Part shown: piece by piece, positions 9,717 to 18,677 of the stretch | Layout of the letters: every line of letters begins with the position of its first letter | Position numbering within the stretch: position 1 is the stretch's first letter | Sequence record: LC680885.1 | Length of the DNA: 64,000 bases | Direction: 5' to 3' (one strand) | Program-made: the position numbers and the translations under genes | Notes under the pieces: generated by a model | Seen by the model: the letters and a program-made list of their open reading frames with translations, nothing else | What the model was told of the DNA's origin: nothing | Database searches by the model: none

Positions 9717-10991
9717 TTGATAGAAAGCTTGATTACTAAAAAAATATTTAATATAAAATTAATAGCATTGTATTCAGATGGAACTACTGATGATTTATCT
9801 CAATTTATTAAGAGATCTAGAATAGAAATGAACTTCCAAGAATATATTATGCCATACTATAGATTTATATTAAGATTGCCTAAAGAGACTATAATTAAGA
9901 TTAATAAAGATAGAGATAAAGTAGTATTTTCTTTTTCTTCAGATATGATTACTACTGATGCTGAAAGTGAAAGTTTATCTGTTCCTTTTTATGAAGAAAT
10001 AATATTAAAACCATTAATGGATTTAAGTAATCCAGTTAATTATGATGATAGAGTAACTAGAACTGATGAAGATCAAAAACATTTATTTGATAGATATGAA
10101 CTAGTTGCTATATCTGAAGAAACGTTGAAAACTAATAAACCTATAGTTTCAGGTATCTATAATAACTGTACTGTCAGTGAAGTAGTCACTGATCTATTAA
10201 GTAATTTAAAAAATAGAGAGATATACTTACACGAGATAGATAATAACAAAATATATGAACAGATTATCTTACTTCCTGCAAACGTATATGATAATATAAA
10301 ATTTATTGATGACGTATACGGTATATATAATAGGGAAATTAAGATGTTTAACCATGAAACAGGATTAAATATTTTACCAATGTCTGGATTTGATCCTAAT
10401 GAGATAGGTAAAGTTAAAGTAGAAATAAGATTTCCATCAAATCAAACTGATGAAGAAATCATAGAAGGATCTTACGAACAAATATCTGAAGAGGATGACT
10501 TAGTTAGAAATAAAAATATAGTAACAAGAATTAATAATGTATCTTTAGTAGATAATACAAGATTATTTAATGAATTAATTGGTTCAGAAATTAATTTATT
10601 TGGAATGGATAATGAGACAGAATACACTAAATTAAATACATATCGTAGAGATATGGAAGATAGAAATGGACCTATTAATAAAGTTAAAGTATATGACGAT
10701 ATTTATGATAATCCTTATAGTTTAGAAAAAGAATTTAATAACAGTAAAGATATAATATTAAAGATACAGTTAAATGATATTGATTTGACTATGGAAGATA
10801 CTTTCAAGCAATTTGATATAGAGTTCTTTAATGAATATTATAAACACTATAACGGTTTTTATGAATTATTATCTATTAATCAAGAATATAAAAATGCAAG
10901 TAAAGCTTTAGTCTTATCAAACTATGTTACATTAAGAAAGATAACTGATCATACATTTATTAAGAATGATAAAAATAATCCCAATACCTAA
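9717..10991 (+). CDS. Probable virion structural protein (baseplate hub-like)
   Basis: 424 aa, late-type promoter; TVSEVVTDLL...EQIILLP segment loosely resembles hub proteins. Confidence 0.35.
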   Translation: MIESLITKKIFNIKLIALYSDGTTDDLSQFIKRSRIEMNFQEYIMPYYRFILRLPKETIIKINKDRDKVVFSFSSDMITTDAESESLSVPFYEEIILKPLMDLSNPVNYDDRVTRTDEDQKHLFDRYELVAISEETLKTNKPIVSGIYNNCTVSEVVTDLLSNLKNREIYLHEIDNNKIYEQIILLPANVYDNIKFIDDVYGIYNREIKMFNHETGLNILPMSGFDPNEIGKVKVEIRFPSNQTDEEIIEGSYEQISEEDDLVRNKNIVTRINNVSLVDNTRLFNELIGSEINLFGMDNETEYTKLNTYRRDMEDRNGPINKVKVYDDIYDNPYSLEKEFNNSKDIILKIQLNDIDLTMEDTFKQFDIEFFNEYYKHYNGFYELLSINQEYKNASKALVLSNYVTLRKITDHTFIKNDKNNPNT

Positions 10992-11011
10992 ATGAATTAT
11001 AGGTATTGGGA
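10979..11011. terminator. Bidirectional terminator
   Basis: TCCCAATACCTA/TAGGTATTGGGA stem between convergent genes. Confidence 0.75.
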
Positions 11012-11018
11012 TAAATTA

Positions 11019-11753
11019 TTAACCGATGTATTTTTGAACATCATTTAATACATCTACATGACTCTTCATAGCATTATTAATTACTTTTCTATAAAGTACA
11101 TTAAGTTTATTAAGATCATTAACCATTCGTTGGTTTTCTCTTATTTTTTCTTCTTCAATTTCTTTATTAGCAAATTTAATTGAAGTCTCTGAAGCGGATT
11201 TCATTGTATCTGCTGAAATCTTAAATGATTTAGCGAATGATTTAGCTTCATTGAATTGTTCAAAAGATTTATTAACGACATAATCTAAATCAATAGACAT
11301 TGTTAATGGTATTTCCAAGTAATGATCATTTTCTTCTAATTCTTTTTCAAAGTCATGGTATTTCATTGGGAAACTATCATGACCTGCATAATTTAAAGTA
11401 TTTTCATACTTTCTTAAATCGGCAGCTTTCCATATATTAAATACTGAAGCTGGACCTGAAAGTTTACTCATTACGTTATTTATTTGCTCTTTATTCTTTT
11501 TAATTTTCTTAAGTGTAGATTTAGTTTTAATTGTAACTCTGTTAAAATTAGTATTAAAGAATTTCATAAATTTAACTAATCCATTCTTAATTAATGATAG
11601 TATATTTAAGAAAAATTCTTTAACAGTTTGAAAGAAATCTTTAACAGGCGATTCGTTTAGAGTATTTAATTCATTATTAAACTTTAATGATTCATTTACA
11701 ATTTCAATTTCTTCCTTTAAGAATTCGTTATTATAATCTTTATTTTCTAACAA
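11019..11753 (-). CDS. Probable internal head/virion protein
   Basis: Glu-rich N-terminal propeptide-like region with xNES motifs. Confidence 0.4.
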   Translation of the reverse strand: MLENKDYNNEFLKEEIEIVNESLKFNNELNTLNESPVKDFFQTVKEFFLNILSLIKNGLVKFMKFFNTNFNRVTIKTKSTLKKIKKNKEQINNVMSKLSGPASVFNIWKAADLRKYENTLNYAGHDSFPMKYHDFEKELEENDHYLEIPLTMSIDLDYVVNKSFEQFNEAKSFAKSFKISADTMKSASETSIKFANKEIEEEKIRENQRMVNDLNKLNVLYRKVINNAMKSHVDVLNDVQKYIG

Positions 11754-11787
11754 GAAGAATCTTTCTCCTTTCTTTATTAAATAAAAA

Positions 11788-11820
11788 GACCTAATACCCT
11801 ATTATTAAGAGTATTAGGTC
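11788..11820 (-). terminator. Intrinsic terminator
   Basis: GACCTAATAC/GTATTAGGTC stem. Confidence 0.7.
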
Positions 11821-11840
11821 CTATATATTATAGAAATTTA

Positions 11841-12635
11841 TTATTTTTTGGCAGCAGCTTTTTCTTCTTTTTTACCTGCACTATTAATAGCTTTAGCGGC
11901 AGTAAATGCTGTAGCTAATGTTTGGTTAGATAATTTAACAGCTTTAGATACAGCTGTACGAGCTAATGAATGTGCTTTAGAAGCATTTCCAGCAACACGT
12001 TTTTTCTCAGTGATAGCTTCTTTATCACCTTTAGCGGCAGCTGTTACGCCTTCTTTTGCAACACGTTGAGCTTCTTTATTAGTTTGGTCTACTACTTTAG
12101 CAGCAGCTTTAACTTCACGTACTGAACCTTCAGCAGCTTGAGCAGCTTTAGAAGCATCACTAATGTTAGAAATAGTTCCAGAAACTAAATTCTTTTCATC
12201 AGCAACACCTGATTTAGCTCTTTCGAAACCACGATCAAAGTTGTTACCATCTGGTTTAGCTAATTCGTTTAAGTTTTTCAAAGCAGAAGGTGCTAATAAA
12301 GAATAACTTTTAGCTTCTTCAAGTTTAGCAGAAGATTTAACTCCAGCGATATATTTTTTAACATTTAAAGTACGAGCTTGTAATTTGTTGAATGCTTCAA
12401 CGAAGAAAGCAGTGAATTTTTTGAATGCTTCAGCGATAGCTTTAGCGATTTTGATGAAGAATTCTTTAGCTTTTTGAGCATATTCTTTTAATTTGCTAGA
12501 ACCTTGTTCTTCACCTGCAACATCGTCTTCAGCTTCAGTAAGTACATTAACACTTTCTAGAACGAAAAGTTCTGTTTGAGTTGCTTCTAATTCCTCTTGT
12601 AGAGAAACAGTTTCGAATGATTGATTTTGTAACAT
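11841..12635 (-). CDS. Abundant Ala/Lys-rich virion (internal head) protein
   Basis: Strongly biased codons (gct, aaa, gaa); acidic N-terminus with repeated L-x-E motifs, then an A/K-rich body. Confidence 0.5.
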   Translation of the reverse strand: MLQNQSFETVSLQEELEATQTELFVLESVNVLTEAEDDVAGEEQGSSKLKEYAQKAKEFFIKIAKAIAEAFKKFTAFFVEAFNKLQARTLNVKKYIAGVKSSAKLEEAKSYSLLAPSALKNLNELAKPDGNNFDRGFERAKSGVADEKNLVSGTISNISDASKAAQAAEGSVREVKAAAKVVDQTNKEAQRVAKEGVTAAAKGDKEAITEKKRVAGNASKAHSLARTAVSKAVKLSNQTLATAFTAAKAINSAGKKEEKAAAKK

Positions 12636-12679
12636 TATATAATTTCCTCCATTTATTTTATAATTTAAATTTTTTAATA

Positions 12680-13711
12680 TCAGAAACTAATATTAAAATC
12701 AGTTTCTAATTCTTTTCCTATTTCTGCATCTATTTGTTCTGATTCTGATTTACCTTGAACTTCAGCTACCCCAGAATCAATATCAATTTTATCAGCTAAT
12801 TTATTTAAACGTTCAGTAGCTTTATTTTGTTTCTCACGTGATCTATCTGATAAATCATTATTTTGTTCACCTTCAATGATTTTAACAGCTTCACGTAAAT
12901 ATTCAGCTATATCTGAACGAGTTTTAATTACTTTAATATAAGCTTGTTTTGTTAAATATAAAGCTAGCATAGAACCTGCAATAACCATTATAGAAATGCT
13001 GCCGTATTTAATAGTTTTTTCTGACATTTTTAAGTATTTATTATCTTTAGCTTTTTTAGCTAAATCTACTATATCATCAAAACTAAATTCTTCATTAGCA
13101 TTTACAAAAGAGCCATCAAATTTAAAAATTTCTTTAAGCTTTCCTGCTTTATACATTTTTAAAACATTTTCCAAAGTATTTACTTCTAAAGAATTTTTAT
13201 TTTTAAGTTTTTTACCATCAAATTGTAATTTACCATCTTCATTACTAAATCCTAAGAAGAATAATTGTGAAGTTAATAACATAACTGTTGATGCTAAAGT
13301 AGTATAAACGATTTGACCAACTTCATTACCATTATTAAAACATTTTTTAAAGTTATTTTTTTCTTTTTCAAGTAAGTTTACAGAATTCTCAATAGTATCA
13401 AAAACGGAAATAAGTTTAGGGTCAAAGCTATTAGATTTTTGACTTTTTATGTATTTAAAAGTCTTTTCAAAATCTTTATAAGCTTTAACCTTTTTAAAAT
13501 CGCCTTTACTAGAAAGGATCGATTTTAAATTTTTATTTCCAGATTTTTTCAACATTTTTTCAGATGTTTTAGAGATTGCAACCGAAAGAGCTTCCATCTT
13601 TTCTTCTGGTTCTAATCTTTTAAAAGGTCTGAATGGTAAAGAGAATTCCTGTAAAACTCTTTGTGTAATTGCATCTTCAGTTAGAAGATGTTTTCTTTCA
13701 AGAAGTTCCAC
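12680..13711 (-). CDS. Probable virion protein
   Basis: 343 aa in the late cluster, N-terminal LLTE, hydrophobic segment near the C-terminus. Confidence 0.4.
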   Translation of the reverse strand: MELLERKHLLTEDAITQRVLQEFSLPFRPFKRLEPEEKMEALSVAISKTSEKMLKKSGNKNLKSILSSKGDFKKVKAYKDFEKTFKYIKSQKSNSFDPKLISVFDTIENSVNLLEKEKNNFKKCFNNGNEVGQIVYTTLASTVMLLTSQLFFLGFSNEDGKLQFDGKKLKNKNSLEVNTLENVLKMYKAGKLKEIFKFDGSFVNANEEFSFDDIVDLAKKAKDNKYLKMSEKTIKYGSISIMVIAGSMLALYLTKQAYIKVIKTRSDIAEYLREAVKIIEGEQNNDLSDRSREKQNKATERLNKLADKIDIDSGVAEVQGKSESEQIDAEIGKELETDFNISF

Positions 13712-13888
13712 AGGGAATCTCCACTTCCTTTCTAGGAGTTAATCCAAATATAATAAAATAATAAATGAAACCTACACGCTAATATAAATTTTCATTTTAT
13801 ATTTTATAAATTTTTGTTCTAAATATAATTTCATTAATTTATTCAAATTAAGAAATATATCTTATTATATAATAACTGTTTCTATTAA

Positions 13889-15358
13889 TTAACGTTTTAA
13901 TAATTTTTCAAGCATTTCTGAAGTTAAATCTTTTTGATTATTCTTAACTTTGTAAGCACCAAGTTTATTTTCTTTAATAACTTCAAATTTGTTATGATCT
14001 GGTAAATATTTATAAACTAATTCCCTAGTTTGGTCTAATATAATAAAATCTAATAAGAAGAATTCATTATAAATTTTCTTAGCAGCTCTACGGTCAGATA
14101 ATAAATCCACACCAGTTTTACGTTTAACTTCATTAGCTTCATCAATAGTAATCATTAAAGCTGTTGTTGGAATATAGTTAGCTTTAGCTGATTTAGCAAT
14201 TCCTGAAGCTTTATTAACAGAGTAGAGAGAATTTAATTTGTTCCAAATAGAACCAGAACGTCCTTTTTTAGAGTCTTGTGCAATTTTCTTAACTTTATCA
14301 GCGTCCAATAATAAATCTTTAACTAGACGTAATTCACCTGTAGTAAATTTAACTAATTTAGTTACTAAGTTTGAGCCACGAGATTTATCAGAAAGATAGA
14401 AAATGATGTCTTCAGTTTTAACAACATGAACTACTGTCTTAACACCGAATTTAGTATCCTTCTGAATATAATTTGAAGCTGGAAGAGGATTACCATTTTT
14501 ATCTGCAGGTACATAGTTAATTGTAGTTGTTATCGTAGTAGGTAAAGAAGCATTTATTTTTTCTTTATCTATAGTAACTTTTGCTCCAAAATTATCTCTT
14601 TCTGCATCTTTAATAGTAGTAGTAACTTGACCTTTATAATCTTCACTGAATTTTCTTTTTAATTCAGAATTTTTTTCTATAGTGTCGCCATTACTTGATT
14701 TTAATCTACCGTCAAATACTGAATTTATATTTCTATTAGAACTTTCTGACATATTATTAAATTTAAATTCTTTCTCTTTACCATCTTTAAATTCAAGTAT
14801 TTCTAAATTATAAGTTTTATTTGTATTCTTTGATAATTCAAAATCATTTATATCAAATCTAATATCATATTTTACACCATTGGCTTTTACTGCATAACCG
14901 CTATTTGATTCATTTAATAGTTCTTTCATTTCTTCTCTAGTGATAGTCATATCATTTAAAGAATTCATATTAAATTTTTCTTCAGGAGTTTCTAATAAAT
15001 AATCATTGGATCTTTTAATATCCTCTTTTGTACTTTCAGCTAAATTTACATTATTATGCAAATCAGACATAAATGAAGTAGGATCTTTTGGATCAAAAGT
15101 TTGTAACGGTGAATTCGTTAATACAAAATCAAACTCAAAAGCTCTCTCTAATTCTAATTGGTTTCTCATTAATTCAACTGTGTCTTGTTCTATAGTATCA
15201 GATGTAACTAAAGGAAACTGTAGTATAAAATCTCCAGATCTTTGCTTTAATGATCTTTTTCTTTTGTTATTATCTTTATAGTTTTTACTTATACTTGTAG
15301 GATTTAAATCTTTTAAAAGACCTATTACATCCGTAAATAAGTTTACTTTATTGGCCAA
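13889..15358 (-). CDS. Probable virion/head structural protein
   Basis: 489 aa, late-type promoter upstream, LAES/LNES motifs. Confidence 0.4.
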   Translation of the reverse strand: MANKVNLFTDVIGLLKDLNPTSISKNYKDNNKRKRSLKQRSGDFILQFPLVTSDTIEQDTVELMRNQLELERAFEFDFVLTNSPLQTFDPKDPTSFMSDLHNNVNLAESTKEDIKRSNDYLLETPEEKFNMNSLNDMTITREEMKELLNESNSGYAVKANGVKYDIRFDINDFELSKNTNKTYNLEILEFKDGKEKEFKFNNMSESSNRNINSVFDGRLKSSNGDTIEKNSELKRKFSEDYKGQVTTTIKDAERDNFGAKVTIDKEKINASLPTTITTTINYVPADKNGNPLPASNYIQKDTKFGVKTVVHVVKTEDIIFYLSDKSRGSNLVTKLVKFTTGELRLVKDLLLDADKVKKIAQDSKKGRSGSIWNKLNSLYSVNKASGIAKSAKANYIPTTALMITIDEANEVKRKTGVDLLSDRRAAKKIYNEFFLLDFIILDQTRELVYKYLPDHNKFEVIKENKLGAYKVKNNQKDLTSEMLEKLLKR

Positions 15359-15394
15359 TTTATATTTCCGCCTTTCTTTTTCTTATTATTTTTA

Positions 15395-15406
15395 TAAAGA
15401 TATGTT
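15395..15406 (-). promoter_or_regulatory. AR9-type late promoter motif AACA-N6-TA
   Basis: Reverse strand reads AACA-tatctt-TA about 37 nt upstream of 15358. Confidence 0.5.
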
Positions 15407-15446
15407 TGATCATAAGAAACAATAAAAAAGTAAAAAAAAAATAAAT

Positions 15447-15480
15447 TTAGATATCGTATCAATTAAGACACGATATCTAA
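15447..15480. terminator. Terminator-like hairpin
   Basis: TTAGATATCGT/ACGATATCTAA stem flanked by A- and T-runs. Confidence 0.7.
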
Positions 15481-15942
15481 ATTTTTATGAGTGAGTTATT
15501 TTTGAATACCTATCATATTCGAGAAGTAATTCTTTATTTATAATTAGATAGTATATGTTCATTTATAAAGTTGTCTACTCCATAAAAATGCCCTTTATCA
15601 TCTATTTCTTTTATTCTATTCTCCAAATCTTTAATTCTTCTTTCTAAATAATCTTCATCTTTATTCAATTTTTGAATCTCTCCCCATTTATATTACTACT
15701 ATTTAATATATGACATAAATATGTGTGAACGGACTAGCCACCTTAAATATAATAGATATGACTGTTTTGATTATTGACCTAATGTCATTTGGTAATCTTT
15801 TTATTGTTTAACTCACTCTGTTCACATTTTGTTATTTTATACTTCCACTCATTCTAGTATAGGGGGATCTAAAACGAATCGGCATATTTATATATCTTAG
15901 TAGAATATAGTGTATTAATGAGAAGTTAATTTCTTAACTTCT

Positions 15943-15962
15943 CACCTTTATAATATATATTT
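15943..15962 (-). promoter_or_regulatory. Putative early promoter motif followed by a hairpin
   Basis: Reverse strand reads AAATATATATTAT-AAA-GGTG, then a perfect GAGAAGTTAA/TTAACTTCTC stem. Confidence 0.5.
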
Positions 15963-16005
15963 AAAAATTATTTACAAAAAAAAAGAAGAATCTTGAGATT
16001 CTTCT

Positions 16006-16536
16006 TTATCTATAAAAATTTGGATTAGTCATACTTTCTCGTATTTGTTCTACAAACTCATCCTTCGAGTCACTAATGACACGAGCTTTTCCTTTTCTTT
16101 TATAAGGATTAGAAACAGAAATCGATACATCTTTTTCTTTAGCTTTGAAAGATATCATTGAGTTAGCTTCATAAAATAGTTTATTATGATTCATTCTATT
16201 TATATGTCCCCAACTATAACCATTTCTTTTTAAATAATATTTGGCTTTTTGATAGTCAGACATTACATCTTTATTAAATTGTTCTTTATCTAAACCTTCT
16301 TCTTTCATAAAATTATCTTTTTTATTTTTTAGTTCTTTTTCTTTTTCATTAATTTTACGAATTTCTTCTTTCTTTTTCTCTTCTTCTATTTTTATTTTTT
16401 GAATTCTTTCTCTTTCTATTTCTTCTGCTTTTTTAATTCTTATTCTTTCTCTTTCTATTTCTTCTTCAATTTTTCTTTGTTTTTTCATTTTTCTATCATT
16501 TCTGATTTCTTTAATTTTATTTAACATACTATCCAT
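16006..16536 (-). CDS. Hypothetical charged protein, paralog of 17089..17541
   Basis: E/K/R coiled coil plus a YQKAKYYLKRNG...EANS domain shared with 17089..17541. Confidence 0.7.
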   Translation of the reverse strand: MDSMLNKIKEIRNDRKMKKQRKIEEEIERERIRIKKAEEIERERIQKIKIEEEKKKEEIRKINEKEKELKNKKDNFMKEEGLDKEQFNKDVMSDYQKAKYYLKRNGYSWGHINRMNHNKLFYEANSMISFKAKEKDVSISVSNPYKRKGKARVISDSKDEFVEQIRESMTNPNFYR

Positions 16537-16558
16537 CCTTTATTATTTTATTTATTAA

Positions 16559-17074
16559 TTAAACTAATAATCCTTTTGAAATAATTATTTCAAAATAAAT
16601 TCTATCAAATTCAGGTTCTCCTTTTTTATTATAAATTACAAATGGGTATTTAATATCTCTAATATATCCATTATCAAGTAAATAGCTATTTTCCAGTTTC
16701 ATCTTTTTAATTTTCTTTTCTAATTTATTTCTACTAAATTTTGTCAAATTTAAATCAAATTTATAAAATTGTGTGTTACCTGCTGTATAGTAAAGATTTT
16801 CATATTTATCTATTGCAAATAATTTTCCAGTAAATCCTACAACTTTCTTAGTTTTTGTTTTTACATCTTCAATATTTAAATATTCTAATTCTCTACCAAT
16901 GCAATTTAATTCTTTATCAGCTAAATCGTTAAAATCTTTAATATAATTATCTTTCTCTTGTTTTAAAATTTTATTTAAATCCATAAAGACATCAATTTTA
17001 AATTTTTCATCTTCAAAAAGTTTAAATTCTCTTACACTATTTTCTTTTTCAATTACAGTTATTCTTTTACTCAT
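16559..17074 (-). CDS. Hypothetical protein
   Basis: 171-aa ORF with an SD-like AAGGA. Confidence 0.65.
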   Translation of the reverse strand: MSKRITVIEKENSVREFKLFEDEKFKIDVFMDLNKILKQEKDNYIKDFNDLADKELNCIGRELEYLNIEDVKTKTKKVVGFTGKLFAIDKYENLYYTAGNTQFYKFDLNLTKFSRNKLEKKIKKMKLENSYLLDNGYIRDIKYPFVIYNKKGEPEFDRIYFEIIISKGLLV

Positions 17075-17088
17075 ATTAATCCATCCTT

Positions 17089-17541
17089 TTATTTTTTTAA
17101 TTTTTCTTCTAGTTCTTTTATTCGTTTATTTAAATACATAGCTTCTTTTATAGTTTCTATTTTTACATTTTCTTTCCTAGCTTTATATTCAACTAATGAA
17201 TTTGCTTCTAAAAATATCTTATAATTATTCATTCTTTTTAAATCGGACCAATTAAATCCATTTCTTAAAAGATATTGTTTAGCTTCTTGGTAATCAATAT
17301 TTTCAGATCTATCAAAATATGATTTAATTAGACCTTCTTTTTCTAAGAAAGCTTTTGTTGCTTTTTCTCTAGCTTTCCTTTCAGATTCAACTCTTTCATT
17401 AAATTTAAGAAGTTCTTCTTTTTCTCTCTCTTCTTCTTTAATTCTTATTCTTTCTCTTTCTTTTTCTTCTTTAATTCTTTTTTCTTTTGCTTCTTTTCTA
17501 TTTTGTCTAAATAATACAATTTCCTCTAATAACATTAACAT
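17089..17541 (-). CDS. Hypothetical charged protein, paralog of 16006..16536
   Basis: YQEAKQYLLRNG...EANS domain. Confidence 0.7.
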   Translation of the reverse strand: MLMLLEEIVLFRQNRKEAKEKRIKEEKERERIRIKEEEREKEELLKFNERVESERKAREKATKAFLEKEGLIKSYFDRSENIDYQEAKQYLLRNGFNWSDLKRMNNYKIFLEANSLVEYKARKENVKIETIKEAMYLNKRIKELEEKLKK

Positions 17542-17642
17542 TTTAAATACATCCTTTTTATTTAAATTAGTTGATTAATAATTATCAACTTCATAATTAT
17601 AATATAAATTTATAAATTAATTTATTACGGAAAATCTACTTT

Positions 17643-17654
17643 AACATAGCCTTA
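17643..17654 (+). promoter_or_regulatory. AR9-type late promoter motif AACA-N6-TA
   Basis: AACA-tagcct-TA about 32 nt upstream of 17686. Confidence 0.5.
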
Positions 17655-17685
17655 TTAAAAATAACGATTGGTGGTGTAAAAGAGA

Positions 17686-18654
17686 TTGGCTGAAGATAAG
17701 AAAACTACGGAAGAAAAGTTTAAAAAAGCATTAAAAGAAGAAGGAGATATAAAAGAAATAAAATCCTTTAATCCATATAGAATGAAAGATAAAAACTCAG
17801 AGATATTTAATAAAGGATTACCTTTTATTTTCATAACAGCTCCTAGAATAAATCTAGTAGACGAAAATATAGGAAGAGAAAGTTTCTTTCTTTATTTAAA
17901 ATCAGTTAAACCTGATTTATTAAAAAGCTTAAATTTTAGTAATAATGGAGCCTTAAGCTCAGGTAGACCTTTCATCCCAATCCTTTCAAATAGATTTATG
18001 GGAATATCTATTCCCGATACACAAACAACAATGAAAGAATTTCATGAAACATTTTACGGTTATAAACAACATTTACCGGTAGGTACAGTTAATTCAGTTG
18101 CTGGTGGAGAAATAGCTGTAGATTTTGAAGAGAATAAAGAAATAGACGTTATACACTTAATTAAAGCCTGGAGTGATTATATAGAAGGTGTGACTAGAGG
18201 TTATCTATTCCCTTCAGATGATGCTAAAGATAAACGTTATATAGATTATACTAGTTCTATATATTATTTCTTATTAGACTTTGATGGTGAAACTGTATTA
18301 CATTATTCTAAGTATACTGGATGTTTCCCTATAAATGTACCTTACGATATATTCTCACAAAATATTGGTGATGATCCAGAAGTTCCTCACGTTTCTATTA
18401 ACTTTGCTTATTCATATAAAGAAGATATGAATCCCGATATATTAGTTGACTTTAATTCAGTTTCAACAATGTCTACTAGTATAGCTAATGCATCTGGAAC
18501 TGAACCTATTAGAGCTAATATTAATAATGCAACTATGGGTATAAAATTAAATTATGATGAAATGTATCCAGTTAATACAGGTAATCCTTATATCGTTGCA
18601 GGACAAAGAAAAGAAGACAAAGCTAAACCTAAATATAGATTAAGATTTTTATAA
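17686..18654 (+). CDS. Tail tube / tube-initiator protein (T4 gp19/gp54-like fold)
   Basis: IKAWSDYI...YIDYTSSIYYFLLDFDG...KYTGCFPINV pattern typical of tail-tube family proteins. Confidence 0.6.
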   Translation: MAEDKKTTEEKFKKALKEEGDIKEIKSFNPYRMKDKNSEIFNKGLPFIFITAPRINLVDENIGRESFFLYLKSVKPDLLKSLNFSNNGALSSGRPFIPILSNRFMGISIPDTQTTMKEFHETFYGYKQHLPVGTVNSVAGGEIAVDFEENKEIDVIHLIKAWSDYIEGVTRGYLFPSDDAKDKRYIDYTSSIYYFLLDFDGETVLHYSKYTGCFPINVPYDIFSQNIGDDPEVPHVSINFAYSYKEDMNPDILVDFNSVSTMSTSIANASGTEPIRANINNATMGIKLNYDEMYPVNTGNPYIVAGQRKEDKAKPKYRLRFL

Positions 18655-18677
18655 AGAAAGAGAGTTGAAAATAGTAA

